DNA of 64,000 nt from a virus, in IMG/VR virus record IMGVR_UViG_3300050500_000054, positions 9,788 to 73,787 of that record; one strand, 5' to 3'. Made by a program: the position numbers and the translations under genes. The first letter of the stretch is position 1. Every line of letters begins with the position of its first letter. Shown one piece after another: positions 63,787 to 64,000 of the stretch. Under the pieces are notes generated by a model that was given only the letters and a program-made list of their open reading frames with translations, made no database searches and had not been told where the DNA came from.

Positions 63787-64000
63787 GCATTGGAAGGTGC
63801 TCCCGTTGGGCATACCTTTGGTAGCTGGTCTTATTACATTAGCGGTCTACCAGCCATTTATCATACCGATAGGTGGATTATTCCTCTACCTGCTGTGGGC
63901 ACTCAATTTGTTTTTCGATTACATTGGGGCTTGACAATGGTAATCTCAGAACTCAATCGGCGTCCCTACAGCGGTAGTTCGTTCCAAACTGGTGATGACA

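Overview
This 64 kb window looks like a large tailed-phage genome segment with two oppositely oriented arms. Product calls rest on motifs I could read by eye in the ORF translations, not on searches.

The minus-strand arm (about 50 to 28.8 kb) is a complete late/structural module. It runs terminase small-like HTH protein, TerL, portal-sized protein, scaffold-like protein, HK97-like major capsid candidate, then head-tail and tail proteins. The tail region includes a BNR/Asp-box tailspike with an adjacent alpha/beta hydrolase and a tail fiber with three HxH repeats. It ends in a 1079-aa Gly/Ala-rich virion protein, a holin-like protein, a GH108 endolysin, an EndoVII-type HNH endonuclease, a 2OG-Fe(II) oxygenase, an HExxH protein and a DEDD exonuclease.

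From 28.96 to 31.62 kb the minus strand carries about 25 tRNA genes covering nearly all 20 amino acids. The array is driven by a sigma70-like promoter, TTGACAAT-N15-TAGGAT, and is interrupted by one small membrane-protein gene with its own terminator. Next come an Hjc-type resolvase, a 900-bp ORF-poor region with iteron-like repeats (GTAAGTTGTTGATTCTAAAG and GTGGGTCA) and a GC-rich island.

The plus-strand arm (33.2 to 64 kb) holds early/accessory genes: many small ORFs, a wHTH regulator, an SPFH/band-7 protein flanked by two paralogs that end in EFIN, DUF4326, a macro-domain protein, and an odd plus-strand tRNA-like gene. It also encodes T4-type Pnkp and an Rnl2-like RNA ligase (an RNA-repair pair), a second GC-rich insert next to an HNH gene, and a NadV (NAMPT) plus NadM-Nudix (NMNAT) NAD salvage pair. 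There is a secreted/lipoprotein cluster.

The most striking feature is a contiguous eight-gene cluster at 52.6 to 58.8 kb. It contains a gamma-glutamyl cyclotransferase, two glutamine-synthetase-like amidoligases, a class-II (Ntn) amidotransferase, a Zn-ribbon protein and an ATP-grasp ligase.

The plus arm continues with a RepA-like helicase on the minus strand, whose upstream region carries an inverted second copy of the iteron block, and a Cas4-like nuclease. The TTGACAAT promoter motif recurs at least six times. No integrase or CRISPR array is present.
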